A program made the translations under genes and the position numbers. From contig OY282441.1 of assembly GCA_958296105.1 (NCBI GenBank), positions 954,378-1,018,377 of the forward strand: DNA of 64,000 nucleotides, in the 5' to 3' direction. The number at the start of each line of letters is the position of its first letter. Within the stretch, counting starts at the first letter, position 1. The DNA comes from an uncultured Dehalococcoidia bacterium. GTDB taxonomy: Bacteria > Chloroflexota > Dehalococcoidia > Lucifugimonadales > UBA1123. Below the pieces are notes generated by a model. It had not been told where the DNA came from and searched no databases. It was given only the letters and a program-made list of their open reading frames with translations. Shown here one piece after another: positions 9,021 to 16,985 of the stretch.

Positions 9021-9671
9021 GTGGCAAACGCTACCGCCGCCGTCACGCACGGCGAGCATGAACCAACCACCACGGGCTTGGACCATCGAAAGCTCCTCAT
9101 GTGGGCGTTCCTCGGGTCGGACTGCATGTTCTTCGGTACGCTGATCGCCACGTATCTGGTCTACAAGAACAAGAGCATCGAGGGCGCGCTGCCCATAGAC
9201 GTGTTCGACATTCCGGTGACGTCCGTCAGCACTTTCGTACTGCTGATGAGCTCCATGAGCATGGTCATGGCTTACGCTTGGCTGACGCGGGGAAACCTGA
9301 AGGCGTTCAGGATATGGCTTGCGTCGACTGCCATAATGGGCGCGACCTTCTTGGCGTTCCAGATGTTCGAGTTCAGGGACTTCGCGGTGCATGGCCAGCT
9401 GACGCCGCGCACGAACCTGTTCGGAAGCACTTTCTTCACGCTGACGGGCTTCCACGGCGCGCACGTGACGCTCGGCGTGGTATGGCTGCTCTCCATTCTG
9501 TTCCACTCCTTCAGAAAGGGCGGGGTGACCCCCGAGAAGAACCTGGACGTGGATCTTGCCGCGCTGTACTGGCACTTCGTGGACATCGTATGGATCGTGA
9601 TATTCACGGTGGTGTACCTGTTCGGAGTCTTCGAGGGCTTCCCCGGCGCGGCGGTGTCCACTGGCCACTGA
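9021..9671 (+). CDS. ctaE: Cytochrome c oxidase subunit III
   Basis: MWAFLGSDCMFF, FFTLTGFHGAHV and LYWHFVDIVWI motifs. Confidence 0.96.
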   Translation: MANATAAVTHGEHEPTTTGLDHRKLLMWAFLGSDCMFFGTLIATYLVYKNKSIEGALPIDVFDIPVTSVSTFVLLMSSMSMVMAYAWLTRGNLKAFRIWLASTAIMGATFLAFQMFEFRDFAVHGQLTPRTNLFGSTFFTLTGFHGAHVTLGVVWLLSILFHSFRKGGVTPEKNLDVDLAALYWHFVDIVWIVIFTVVYLFGVFEGFPGAAVSTGH

Positions 9672-9674
9672 CCG

Positions 9675-9839
9675 ATGAGATATCCCCTTCGCTCGCCGTG
9701 AGAGGAAGGGGGCAAGCTGGGGGCGGGATCCCCCATCCCTCGATGAAGAGGGACAGAATGAGATAGCCCCTTCGCTCGCTGTGAGAGGAAGGGGCCAAGC
9801 TGGGGGGCGGATCCCGCATCCCTCAATGAAGAGGGACAG
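9675..9839. repeat. Two tandem ~83-bp units, each with two hairpins, between ctaE and ctaF
   Basis: ATGAGATAtCCCCTTCGCTCGC...GAGGAAGGGG...TCCCTCrATGAAGAGGGACAG starting at 9675 and 9758. Confidence 0.85.
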
Positions 9840-9893
9840 CGTGAGGGGAAAAGCCCCGCATACAGTCAAGACATCGCTTGAGAGGGAGCGCGA

Positions 9894-10229
9894 ATGAGCC
9901 AGCAGGAAGAGACCCGCGTTGAAGAGTCACAGGATGCGCACAGCGTCCACACGGGACACCCCACGCCCGCCACCTACTTCAAGGTGGCTATGGCGCTGTC
10001 CATTCTCACCGCCATAGAGGTCGGCATCTTCTACATCACCGCGCTGAGCTACGCCATCATCCCCATACTCGCCATCCTGTCCATCGGGAAGTTCGCGCTC
10101 GTGGTCATGTACTACATGCACCTGAAGTTCGACCATCCGATATTCTCGGGTATGTTCTTCTTCGGCATGTTCGTTGCTACAGGGGTGATATTCGCGCTGA
10201 TGGCGCTGTTCAGCTGGTTCCTGATCTAG
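9894..10229 (+). CDS. ctaF: Cytochrome c oxidase subunit IV
   Basis: YFKVAMALSILTAIEV and KFALVVMYYMHLKFD; operon position. Confidence 0.9.
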   Translation: MSQQEETRVEESQDAHSVHTGHPTPATYFKVAMALSILTAIEVGIFYITALSYAIIPILAILSIGKFALVVMYYMHLKFDHPIFSGMFFFGMFVATGVIFALMALFSWFLI

Positions 10230-10260
10230 CCGGCGCTGACGTTCGCAACCTGTTGGGAGG

Positions 10261-11127
10261 ATGGAGTTGGAGACCGGGTCGCTGTGGATGGCATGGCAGG
10301 CAGAACCTGAGTCCGTCGTCCTTCTGGTCGTCATAGAGGGGCTGTACCTGCTTGGGGTGGGCCCGCTGCGCGAGCGCAACAACTGGGCGGACTACGTGGA
10401 TCCGCGCCAGACTGCCACCTTCACGGCTGGCATCATCGTACTGTTCCTCGCGCTCGTCTCTCCGATAGACGTGGTGAGCGATGACTACCTGTTCAGCGTC
10501 CACATGCTCCAGCACGTCCTGCTGACGCTGGTCGCGCCTCCGCTGATGGTCAGGGGCATACCGGACTGGCTCATCCGACCGCTGCTGAGGCCTAACTGGT
10601 CTTTCAGGTGCGCCCGCGCCATAACCCACCCGATAGGCGCGTTCTTGGCGTTCAACATCGTATTCTCGCTCTGGCACGTGCCGGCGATGTACAACGCCTC
10701 GCTTCAGAACGAGGTGATCCACGTGGTGGAACACGCCATGATGATCTCCACCGCTATGATCATGTGGTGGCCGCTGACCAGCACCATGCCGGAGCTGCCC
10801 CGCGTGTCGTACCCGATGCAGATGATGTATCTGTTCGGGCTGTCGGTGGCGCAGATAATCGTATTCGGCGCGCTGACCTTCGCCGGCGAGCCGCTCTACG
10901 AGCGCTACGCGAACGCTCCGAGAATCGCCTCGATCTCCGCGCTCACGGATCAGCAGATCGGCGCGATCATAATGAAGGTGGGCGGCGGTGTGCTGTTCCT
11001 TGGTCTGCTGATCGTGACCTTCTATCGCTGGTACGGCGAGGAGGAGCGGCTGAGGCGCGCCAATCGCAAACGGCGTTATACTTACATATCGGACAGCCCC
11101 CCTGAGCTGGAGGACAACCCCGGATGA
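10261..11127 (+). CDS. ctaG: caa3 cytochrome c oxidase assembly factor CtaG
   Basis: YLFSVHMLQHVLL, LWHVPAMY, HVVEH and DQQIGAIIMKV motifs. Confidence 0.9.
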   Translation: MELETGSLWMAWQAEPESVVLLVVIEGLYLLGVGPLRERNNWADYVDPRQTATFTAGIIVLFLALVSPIDVVSDDYLFSVHMLQHVLLTLVAPPLMVRGIPDWLIRPLLRPNWSFRCARAITHPIGAFLAFNIVFSLWHVPAMYNASLQNEVIHVVEHAMMISTAMIMWWPLTSTMPELPRVSYPMQMMYLFGLSVAQIIVFGALTFAGEPLYERYANAPRIASISALTDQQIGAIIMKVGGGVLFLGLLIVTFYRWYGEEERLRRANRKRRYTYISDSPPELEDNPG

Positions 11128-11330
11128 GCAAAGACTTCGGATTCTCGGTTCTGTTTCCGCTGCTGGCGGTCCTGCTGATCGCGGTATATGGCGGCGGACT
11201 CGGAATCATATTCATAGTTCTGCGGGAGCAGGTGGGGGTCGAGGGCGTGATAGTTCTCGGCACGGCGCTGGTGCTTCTCGTGCCGATAGCCGCCTATCTG
11301 CTGACGCGCAACGAGCCGATCGAGTCCTGA
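11124..11330 (+). CDS. Small two-TM membrane protein
   Basis: 68 aa, hydrophobic, ATGA-coupled to ctaG. Confidence 0.7.
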   Translation: MSKDFGFSVLFPLLAVLLIAVYGGGLGIIFIVLREQVGVEGVIVLGTALVLLVPIAAYLLTRNEPIES

Positions 11331-11452
11331 CTGTGTGCGGCCGGCGCGGCGCATCTGCGATCTCCGGATTCCCGCTTGCGCCAGTGACGACAGGGCTGGG
11401 ATGAGCATACCGAACGCCGCCAAGCGTGTTCTGAACGCCGCCGTTAGAACAT

Positions 11453-14080
11453 TTGTATGGGGGGGGGGGGGTAATTCCTTCCTCACGGCTGGTTCTGGCG
11501 GCGTTCGTGTGCCTGCTCATAGTGGCGGCGGGGCTGCGCTTCTATGACCTGCCGGGGACTTCCGTATCGAGTGACGAAGCGATTGCCTCCAATAATTCGA
11601 GTGGCGCCCTCTCGGAAGTCATCCCCGGCACTAATTGCTGTAACACCTCGCCTATACTGTATCCCCTGGCGCTGTGGGCGGTGCAGAAAGTGGATGTCTC
11701 TGCCTTCAGCCTCCGCGTTCTGCCGGCGGCGGCAAGCGTCCTGACCGTTGCCGTGATGCTCTTCTTGCTGCCGCGCCTCGGGGTCGCTCGGGGAGCCGCG
11801 TTCTTGGCGGCGCTGCTCGCCACGCTTTCGGTCGAAGCGATCAGGCACGCTCAGGATGCGCGGGAATACTCCATCGACACGCTGCTTGCCGTTCTGATGA
11901 CGGCGGGGCTGCTGTGGTATCTGCGGGACGGCAGGAAAGCTCTGCTCTGCGTTTCGCTGCTCCTCGCGCCGCTGCTCCAGTACGGTCTGGTGCTGTTCGG
12001 CGTCGCCGTATTGGGCGCGGCTGTGATTCTACTTCCCTCGACTTTGGCGGCATCTGAAGGGAATTCGATTCGCAATTGGATCGAGCGGCGCATCGGTTTG
12101 GTCCTGCCCGCAGTGTGCTTCCTGGTGGGGTGCGCCATAAGCTACGCGGTCACTCTGCGCTATCAGTGGCAGGAAGGGGGCTTCGCTTCGGGTGGCTATC
12201 TATCGGAGTATTACTATCAGGGAAAGTTCGATGCGCCCGCGATCTTCGAGTTTTCGATTGATGGGATTTGGAGTCTATTGACGTATCACTTGACGGGGGT
12301 CGTGGCGATGGCGGCGCTCGCCACATTCTCGATCATCCTGGTCGCAAGGCTGCTCAGAAAGTTTAGAGGAAAGTTTCCAGACAGCGCCATCGCAGTCTTG
12401 TTTTCGTTGTGCATTGCGGTTTCCGTCGGCGCTGCCCTGCTGAGCATATATCCCTTGGGAGACATTCGCGCAAACCTCTATCTGGGGCCGATTGTCTTCC
12501 TGACGGTTGGCGTTGCGTTCCATTGGACGGCGGACAGTCTGTCCTCGCTCACGCGCCGGGCGTGGCTGGCTCCGGCGCTGGTCGTCGCGGCAGTCGGCGC
12601 AACAGCGCTTGCGGGGGTGAGCGACATACGGCGGCAGGACAATCTATATCATCATAAGGGCCACAACGCCGAGGCCGTTCTCGCCTTTCTGGAAGAGAAT
12701 GTGGAAGAAGGAGACATGGTTTACATAGACTATCATTTAGTCTCTATGATGAAGTTCTATCAAGATGAAAAACCGAGCAGCTACCACTATGGAAAAGCAG
12801 GATGCTGGCCCACCTTAGAAGAAAGGTGTATCCGTGAAATATTCGGTTTAGGCTTCTCGCTCCCCAATATCCCAAATAGAATCTTCTTGGTCCACCACTC
12901 GGCGGTTCGTATAGAGACAACGACGACACCATCCGGCGAGGCCGGGATTACTGACAGGGTGGGAAACGCTGTCTCTGCCTACTTGGTTAACGACAAGTCC
13001 CACTGGGCTGACGACAACCCGCCCCAGCCTTGGCGATGGCAGCGGGCCGACGCCCTGCCCGGCGATGCCAATACACCCGACGACGCCACTTGGACCGACA
13101 TCGTAGGCGCGCGCTCATCCAACTACACTCTGCGGAAGGAAGACAGGGGCAAGTTCTTGCGCGCCTACGTGTCCTACGAGAAGAATGGCATAACGTACCA
13201 GGTTCAGACGGATGCCATAAGCACGCTAGAAGTAAAGAGCGGGTTGGAGCTGCTGGGAGAGCAAGTTCCAGCCGAGAATGTCCTTGCTGACGGATATTTC
13301 CATATCGCTCTGGTTGCGAACATCAAAGAGTCCGTCGTATCGGTGGTCCGCGCCGCCTACGAGTCGGTCGTATCCGGCGAACCCGTAATTCGCTCGGACT
13401 TCGACGTGTATCTCAGCGAAGACACGCTGACCTACGTCAAGGAGCCGTGCGCCCGCGCCGACACGGAGGCGATGTTCTTTCTGCACCTGCTTCCGGTCGA
13501 CGTGAACGACCTGCCCGACCATCGCAAGCAGCACGGCTTCGACAACTTGGGCTTCGATCTCAAAATGCGCGGCGCAATATTCGACGGGAGATGTGTGGCG
13601 AAGGTGGCTCTCCCCGAGTATGATATTGTCGGTATCAGCACTGGCCAGTACGGGCCAGTGGACGGCGGTTACGAGAATATTTGGGAAGGGGAGTTCGTTT
13701 TCGATAAGGCGCTCCTATCCGCCTACGAGGCGGTTGCATCCGACGAACCCGCGATCCGCTCCGACTTCGACGTGTATCTCAGCGAAAACACGCTGACATA
13801 CGTCAAGGAGGCGTGCGTCAGCGCCGACACGGAGGCGATGTTCTTTCTCGCCCTGTTTCCGGTCGACGTGAACGACCTGCCCGACCATCGCCGGCAACAC
13901 GGCTTCGACAACCTGGACTTCAGATTCGACAGGCGCGGCGTGATATTCGACGGCGGGAGATGTGTGGCGACGGTGGCTCTCCCTGAGTATGATGTTGCCC
14001 GTATCAGCACCGGCCAGTACGTGCCAGTGGGCGGCGGTTACGATCACATATGGGAGGGGGAGATTCGGCTTGCCGAGTAG
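11453..14080 (+). CDS. GT-C fold membrane glycosyltransferase (GT39/ArnT/PMT-like) with Ig-like insert and two copies of a C-terminal ~110-aa domain; likely true start 11401 is frameshifted by a G13 tract
   Basis: LRFYDL..SSDEA, SPILYPL, LRVLPAAAS and AQDAREYS; many TM helices; C-terminal IRSDFDVYL..YVKEPC..GFDNL..GRC..LPEYD..TGQY..WEGE twice. Confidence 0.8.
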   Translation: MYGGGGVIPSSRLVLAAFVCLLIVAAGLRFYDLPGTSVSSDEAIASNNSSGALSEVIPGTNCCNTSPILYPLALWAVQKVDVSAFSLRVLPAAASVLTVAVMLFLLPRLGVARGAAFLAALLATLSVEAIRHAQDAREYSIDTLLAVLMTAGLLWYLRDGRKALLCVSLLLAPLLQYGLVLFGVAVLGAAVILLPSTLAASEGNSIRNWIERRIGLVLPAVCFLVGCAISYAVTLRYQWQEGGFASGGYLSEYYYQGKFDAPAIFEFSIDGIWSLLTYHLTGVVAMAALATFSIILVARLLRKFRGKFPDSAIAVLFSLCIAVSVGAALLSIYPLGDIRANLYLGPIVFLTVGVAFHWTADSLSSLTRRAWLAPALVVAAVGATALAGVSDIRRQDNLYHHKGHNAEAVLAFLEENVEEGDMVYIDYHLVSMMKFYQDEKPSSYHYGKAGCWPTLEERCIREIFGLGFSLPNIPNRIFLVHHSAVRIETTTTPSGEAGITDRVGNAVSAYLVNDKSHWADDNPPQPWRWQRADALPGDANTPDDATWTDIVGARSSNYTLRKEDRGKFLRAYVSYEKNGITYQVQTDAISTLEVKSGLELLGEQVPAENVLADGYFHIALVANIKESVVSVVRAAYESVVSGEPVIRSDFDVYLSEDTLTYVKEPCARADTEAMFFLHLLPVDVNDLPDHRKQHGFDNLGFDLKMRGAIFDGRCVAKVALPEYDIVGISTGQYGPVDGGYENIWEGEFVFDKALLSAYEAVASDEPAIRSDFDVYLSENTLTYVKEACVSADTEAMFFLALFPVDVNDLPDHRRQHGFDNLDFRFDRRGVIFDGGRCVATVALPEYDVARISTGQYVPVGGGYDHIWEGEIRLAE
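11459..11471 (+). repeat. Poly-G tract (G13) at the 5' end of glycosyltransferase 1
   Basis: GTAT-G13-TAATTCC seen directly. Confidence 0.9.
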
Positions 14081-14135
14081 ATGGAACGCGCCCGCCCCCG
14101 CCCTAGCCCTCCCCCAGAGGGGGAGGGGATTTTAC
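14081..14135. repeat. boxC-like palindrome after GT1; near-identical copies follow GT2 (~16817-16870), GT3 (~19353-19395) and GT4 (~21536-21590)
   Basis: TAG-ATGGAACGC...CCCTArCCCTCCCCnnnAGGGGGAGGGGAT after each stop codon. Confidence 0.8.
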
Positions 14136-14194
14136 TGTAGCCTTCTACCTGCGAGGGGGAGGGGATGGCTTGGAGACTGGCGAACTGTCATATT

Positions 14195-16816
14195 ATGAGG
14201 AAGCCTAAGCTCACCATGCCCGCGCTCGTCTCTTCGGAGCGGCTGGTTCTGGCGGCGTTCGTGTGCCTGCTCATAGTGGCGGCGGGGCTGCGCTTCTACA
14301 ACCTGCCGGGGACTTCCGTATCGGGTGACGAAGCGGTTGCCTCCAATAATTCGAGTGGCGCCCTCTCGGAAGTCATCCCCAGCACTAATTGCTGTAACTC
14401 CTCGCCTATACTGTATCCCCTGGCGCTGTGGGCGGTGCAGAAAGTGGATATCTCTGTCCTCAGCATCCGCGTTCTGCCGGCGGCGGCAAGCGTCCTGACC
14501 GTCGCCGTGATGCTCTTCTTGCTGCCGCGCCTCGGGGTCGCTCGGGGAGCCGCGTTCTTGGCGGCGCTGCTCGCCACGCTTTCGGTCGAAGCGATCAGGC
14601 ACGCTCAGGGTGCGCGGGAATACTCCATCGACACGCTGCTTGCCGTTCTGATGACGGCGGGGCTGCTGTGGTATCTGCGGGACGGGCGGAAAGCCCTGCT
14701 CTGCGTTGCGCTGTTCCTAGCGCCGCTGCTCCAGTACGGTTTGGTCTTATTCGGCGTCGCCGTATTGGGCGCGGCTATAGTTCTACCCTCCCCTACGTTG
14801 TCGGCGACGGAAGGGAATTCGATTCGCAATTGGATAGAGCGGCGCATCGGTCTGGTCCTGCCCGCAGCGTGCTTCCTGGTGGGGTGCGCCATAAGCTACT
14901 TGGTCACCTTGCGCTATCAGTGGCAGGAAGGGGGCTTCGCTTCGGATGACTACCTAGCGGAGAATTACTATCAGGGAAAGTTCGATGCGCCCGCTATCTT
15001 CGAGTTTTCGATTGATGGGATTTGGAGTCTATTGACGTATCACCTGACGGGGGGCGTGGCGACAGCTGCGCTTGCCGCATTCGGTATCCTCCTAGCCGCA
15101 GCATTCCTCAGAAAGTTTTGGGGAAAGTTTCCAGACAGCGCCATTGCAGTCTTGTTTTCGCTGTGCATTGCGGTTTCCGTCGGCGCTGCCCTGCTGAGCA
15201 TATATCCTTTGGGAGACATTCACCAAAACCTCTATCTGGGGCCGATTGTCTTCCTGACGGTCGGCGTTGCGTTTCACTGGACGGCGGACAGTCTGTCCTC
15301 GCTCACGCGCCGGGCGTGGCTGGCTCCGGCGCTGGTCGTCGCGGCAGTCGGCGCAACAGCGCTTGCGGGGGTGAGCGACATACGGCAGGACAATTGGCTA
15401 TATCATAAGGGCCACAACGCCGATGCCGTTCTCGCCTTTCTGGAAGAGAATGTGGAAGAAGGAGATGTGGTTTACCTAGCCCCTATTATGATGAAGTTCT
15501 ATCAAGATGAAAAACCGAGCAACTACTACTATATAAAGGCAGGATGCTGGCCCACTGTAGAAAAGTGTATCCGTGAAATGTTCGGTTTAGTCTTCTCGCT
15601 CCCCAATATTCCAAATAGAATCTTCTTGGTCCACAACGCGGCGGTTCGTACAGAGACAACGACGACACCATCCGGCGAGGCAGGGATTACTGACAGTGTG
15701 GGAAACGCTGTCTCTGCCTACTTGGTTAACGACAGGGCCCACCGGGCTGACGACAACCCGCCCCATCCTTGGCGATGGCAGCGGGCCGACGCCCTGCCCG
15801 GCGATGCCAATACACCCGACGACGCCACTTGGACCGACATCGAAGGCGCGCGCTCATTCAACTACACCCTGCGGAAGGAAGACAGGGGCAAGTTCTTGCG
15901 CGCCTACGTGTCCTACGAGAAGAATGGCATAACGTACCGGGTTCAGACGGAGGCCATAAGCACGCTAGAAGTAAAGAGCGGGTTGGAGCTGCTGGGAGAG
16001 CAAGTTCCAGCCGAGCGTGTCCTTACTGGCGGAGAATTCAATATCTCTCTGGTTGCGAACGTCAAAGAGTCCGTCGGATCGGTGGTCCGCGCCGCCTACG
16101 AGTCGGTCGTATCCGGCGAACCCGTAATCCGCTCGGACTTCGACGTGTATCTCAGCGAGAACACGCTGAACTACGTCAAGGAGCCGTGCGCCCCGGCCGA
16201 CGTGGAGGCGAAGTTCTTTCTCGCCCTGCTTCCGGTCGACGTGAACGACCTGCCCGACCATCGCAAGCAGCACGGCTTCGACAACCTGGACTTCAGATTC
16301 GACTGGCGCGGCGTGATATTCGACGGGAGATGTATGGCGACGGTGGCGCTCCCCGAGTATGATATCATCCGCATCCGCACGGGCCAGTACGGGCCAGTGG
16401 ACGGCGGTTACGATCATATCTGGGAGGGGGAGTTCGTTCTCGATAAGGCGCTCCTATCCGCCTACGAGTCGGTTGCATCCGACGAACCCGTAATTCGCTC
16501 GGACTTCGACGTGTATCTCAGCGAGAACACGCTGACATACGTCAAGGAGGCGTGCGCCCCGGCCGACGTGGTGGCGAGGTTCTTTCTGCACCTGTACCCG
16601 GTGGATGTGAACGACCTGTCCGACCGTCGCAAACAGCACGGCTTCGACAACCTGGACTTCAGATTCGACGGGCGCGGCGTGATATTCGACGGGAGATGTA
16701 TGGCGGCGGTGGCTCTCCCTGAGTATGATGTTGCCCGTATCAGCACCGGCCAGTACGTGCCGGTGGACGGCGGTTACGATCACCTCTGGGAGGGGGAGAT
16801 ACGGCTTGCCGAGTAG
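14195..16816 (+). CDS. GT-C fold membrane glycosyltransferase, close tandem paralog of 11453..14080
   Basis: Nearly colinear DNA copy of the previous gene; start MRKPKLTMPA; two C-terminal domain copies. Confidence 0.85.
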   Translation: MRKPKLTMPALVSSERLVLAAFVCLLIVAAGLRFYNLPGTSVSGDEAVASNNSSGALSEVIPSTNCCNSSPILYPLALWAVQKVDISVLSIRVLPAAASVLTVAVMLFLLPRLGVARGAAFLAALLATLSVEAIRHAQGAREYSIDTLLAVLMTAGLLWYLRDGRKALLCVALFLAPLLQYGLVLFGVAVLGAAIVLPSPTLSATEGNSIRNWIERRIGLVLPAACFLVGCAISYLVTLRYQWQEGGFASDDYLAENYYQGKFDAPAIFEFSIDGIWSLLTYHLTGGVATAALAAFGILLAAAFLRKFWGKFPDSAIAVLFSLCIAVSVGAALLSIYPLGDIHQNLYLGPIVFLTVGVAFHWTADSLSSLTRRAWLAPALVVAAVGATALAGVSDIRQDNWLYHKGHNADAVLAFLEENVEEGDVVYLAPIMMKFYQDEKPSNYYYIKAGCWPTVEKCIREMFGLVFSLPNIPNRIFLVHNAAVRTETTTTPSGEAGITDSVGNAVSAYLVNDRAHRADDNPPHPWRWQRADALPGDANTPDDATWTDIEGARSFNYTLRKEDRGKFLRAYVSYEKNGITYRVQTEAISTLEVKSGLELLGEQVPAERVLTGGEFNISLVANVKESVGSVVRAAYESVVSGEPVIRSDFDVYLSENTLNYVKEPCAPADVEAKFFLALLPVDVNDLPDHRKQHGFDNLDFRFDWRGVIFDGRCMATVALPEYDIIRIRTGQYGPVDGGYDHIWEGEFVLDKALLSAYESVASDEPVIRSDFDVYLSENTLTYVKEACAPADVVARFFLHLYPVDVNDLSDRRKQHGFDNLDFRFDGRGVIFDGRCMAAVALPEYDVARISTGQYVPVDGGYDHLWEGEIRLAE

Positions 16817-16985
16817 ATGGAACGCGCCTGCCCCCACCCTAACCCTCCCCCGAAGGGGGAGGGGATTTATGTTCGCGCTCCGTTAGGGGAAGGTTAGGAT
16901 GGGGGCGAGAGGCGATTTCCGCTCGCGCTTGGTTTAGGGGATTGCATCCCTTCCCCCTTTGGGGGAAGGTTAGGATGGGGGCGAT

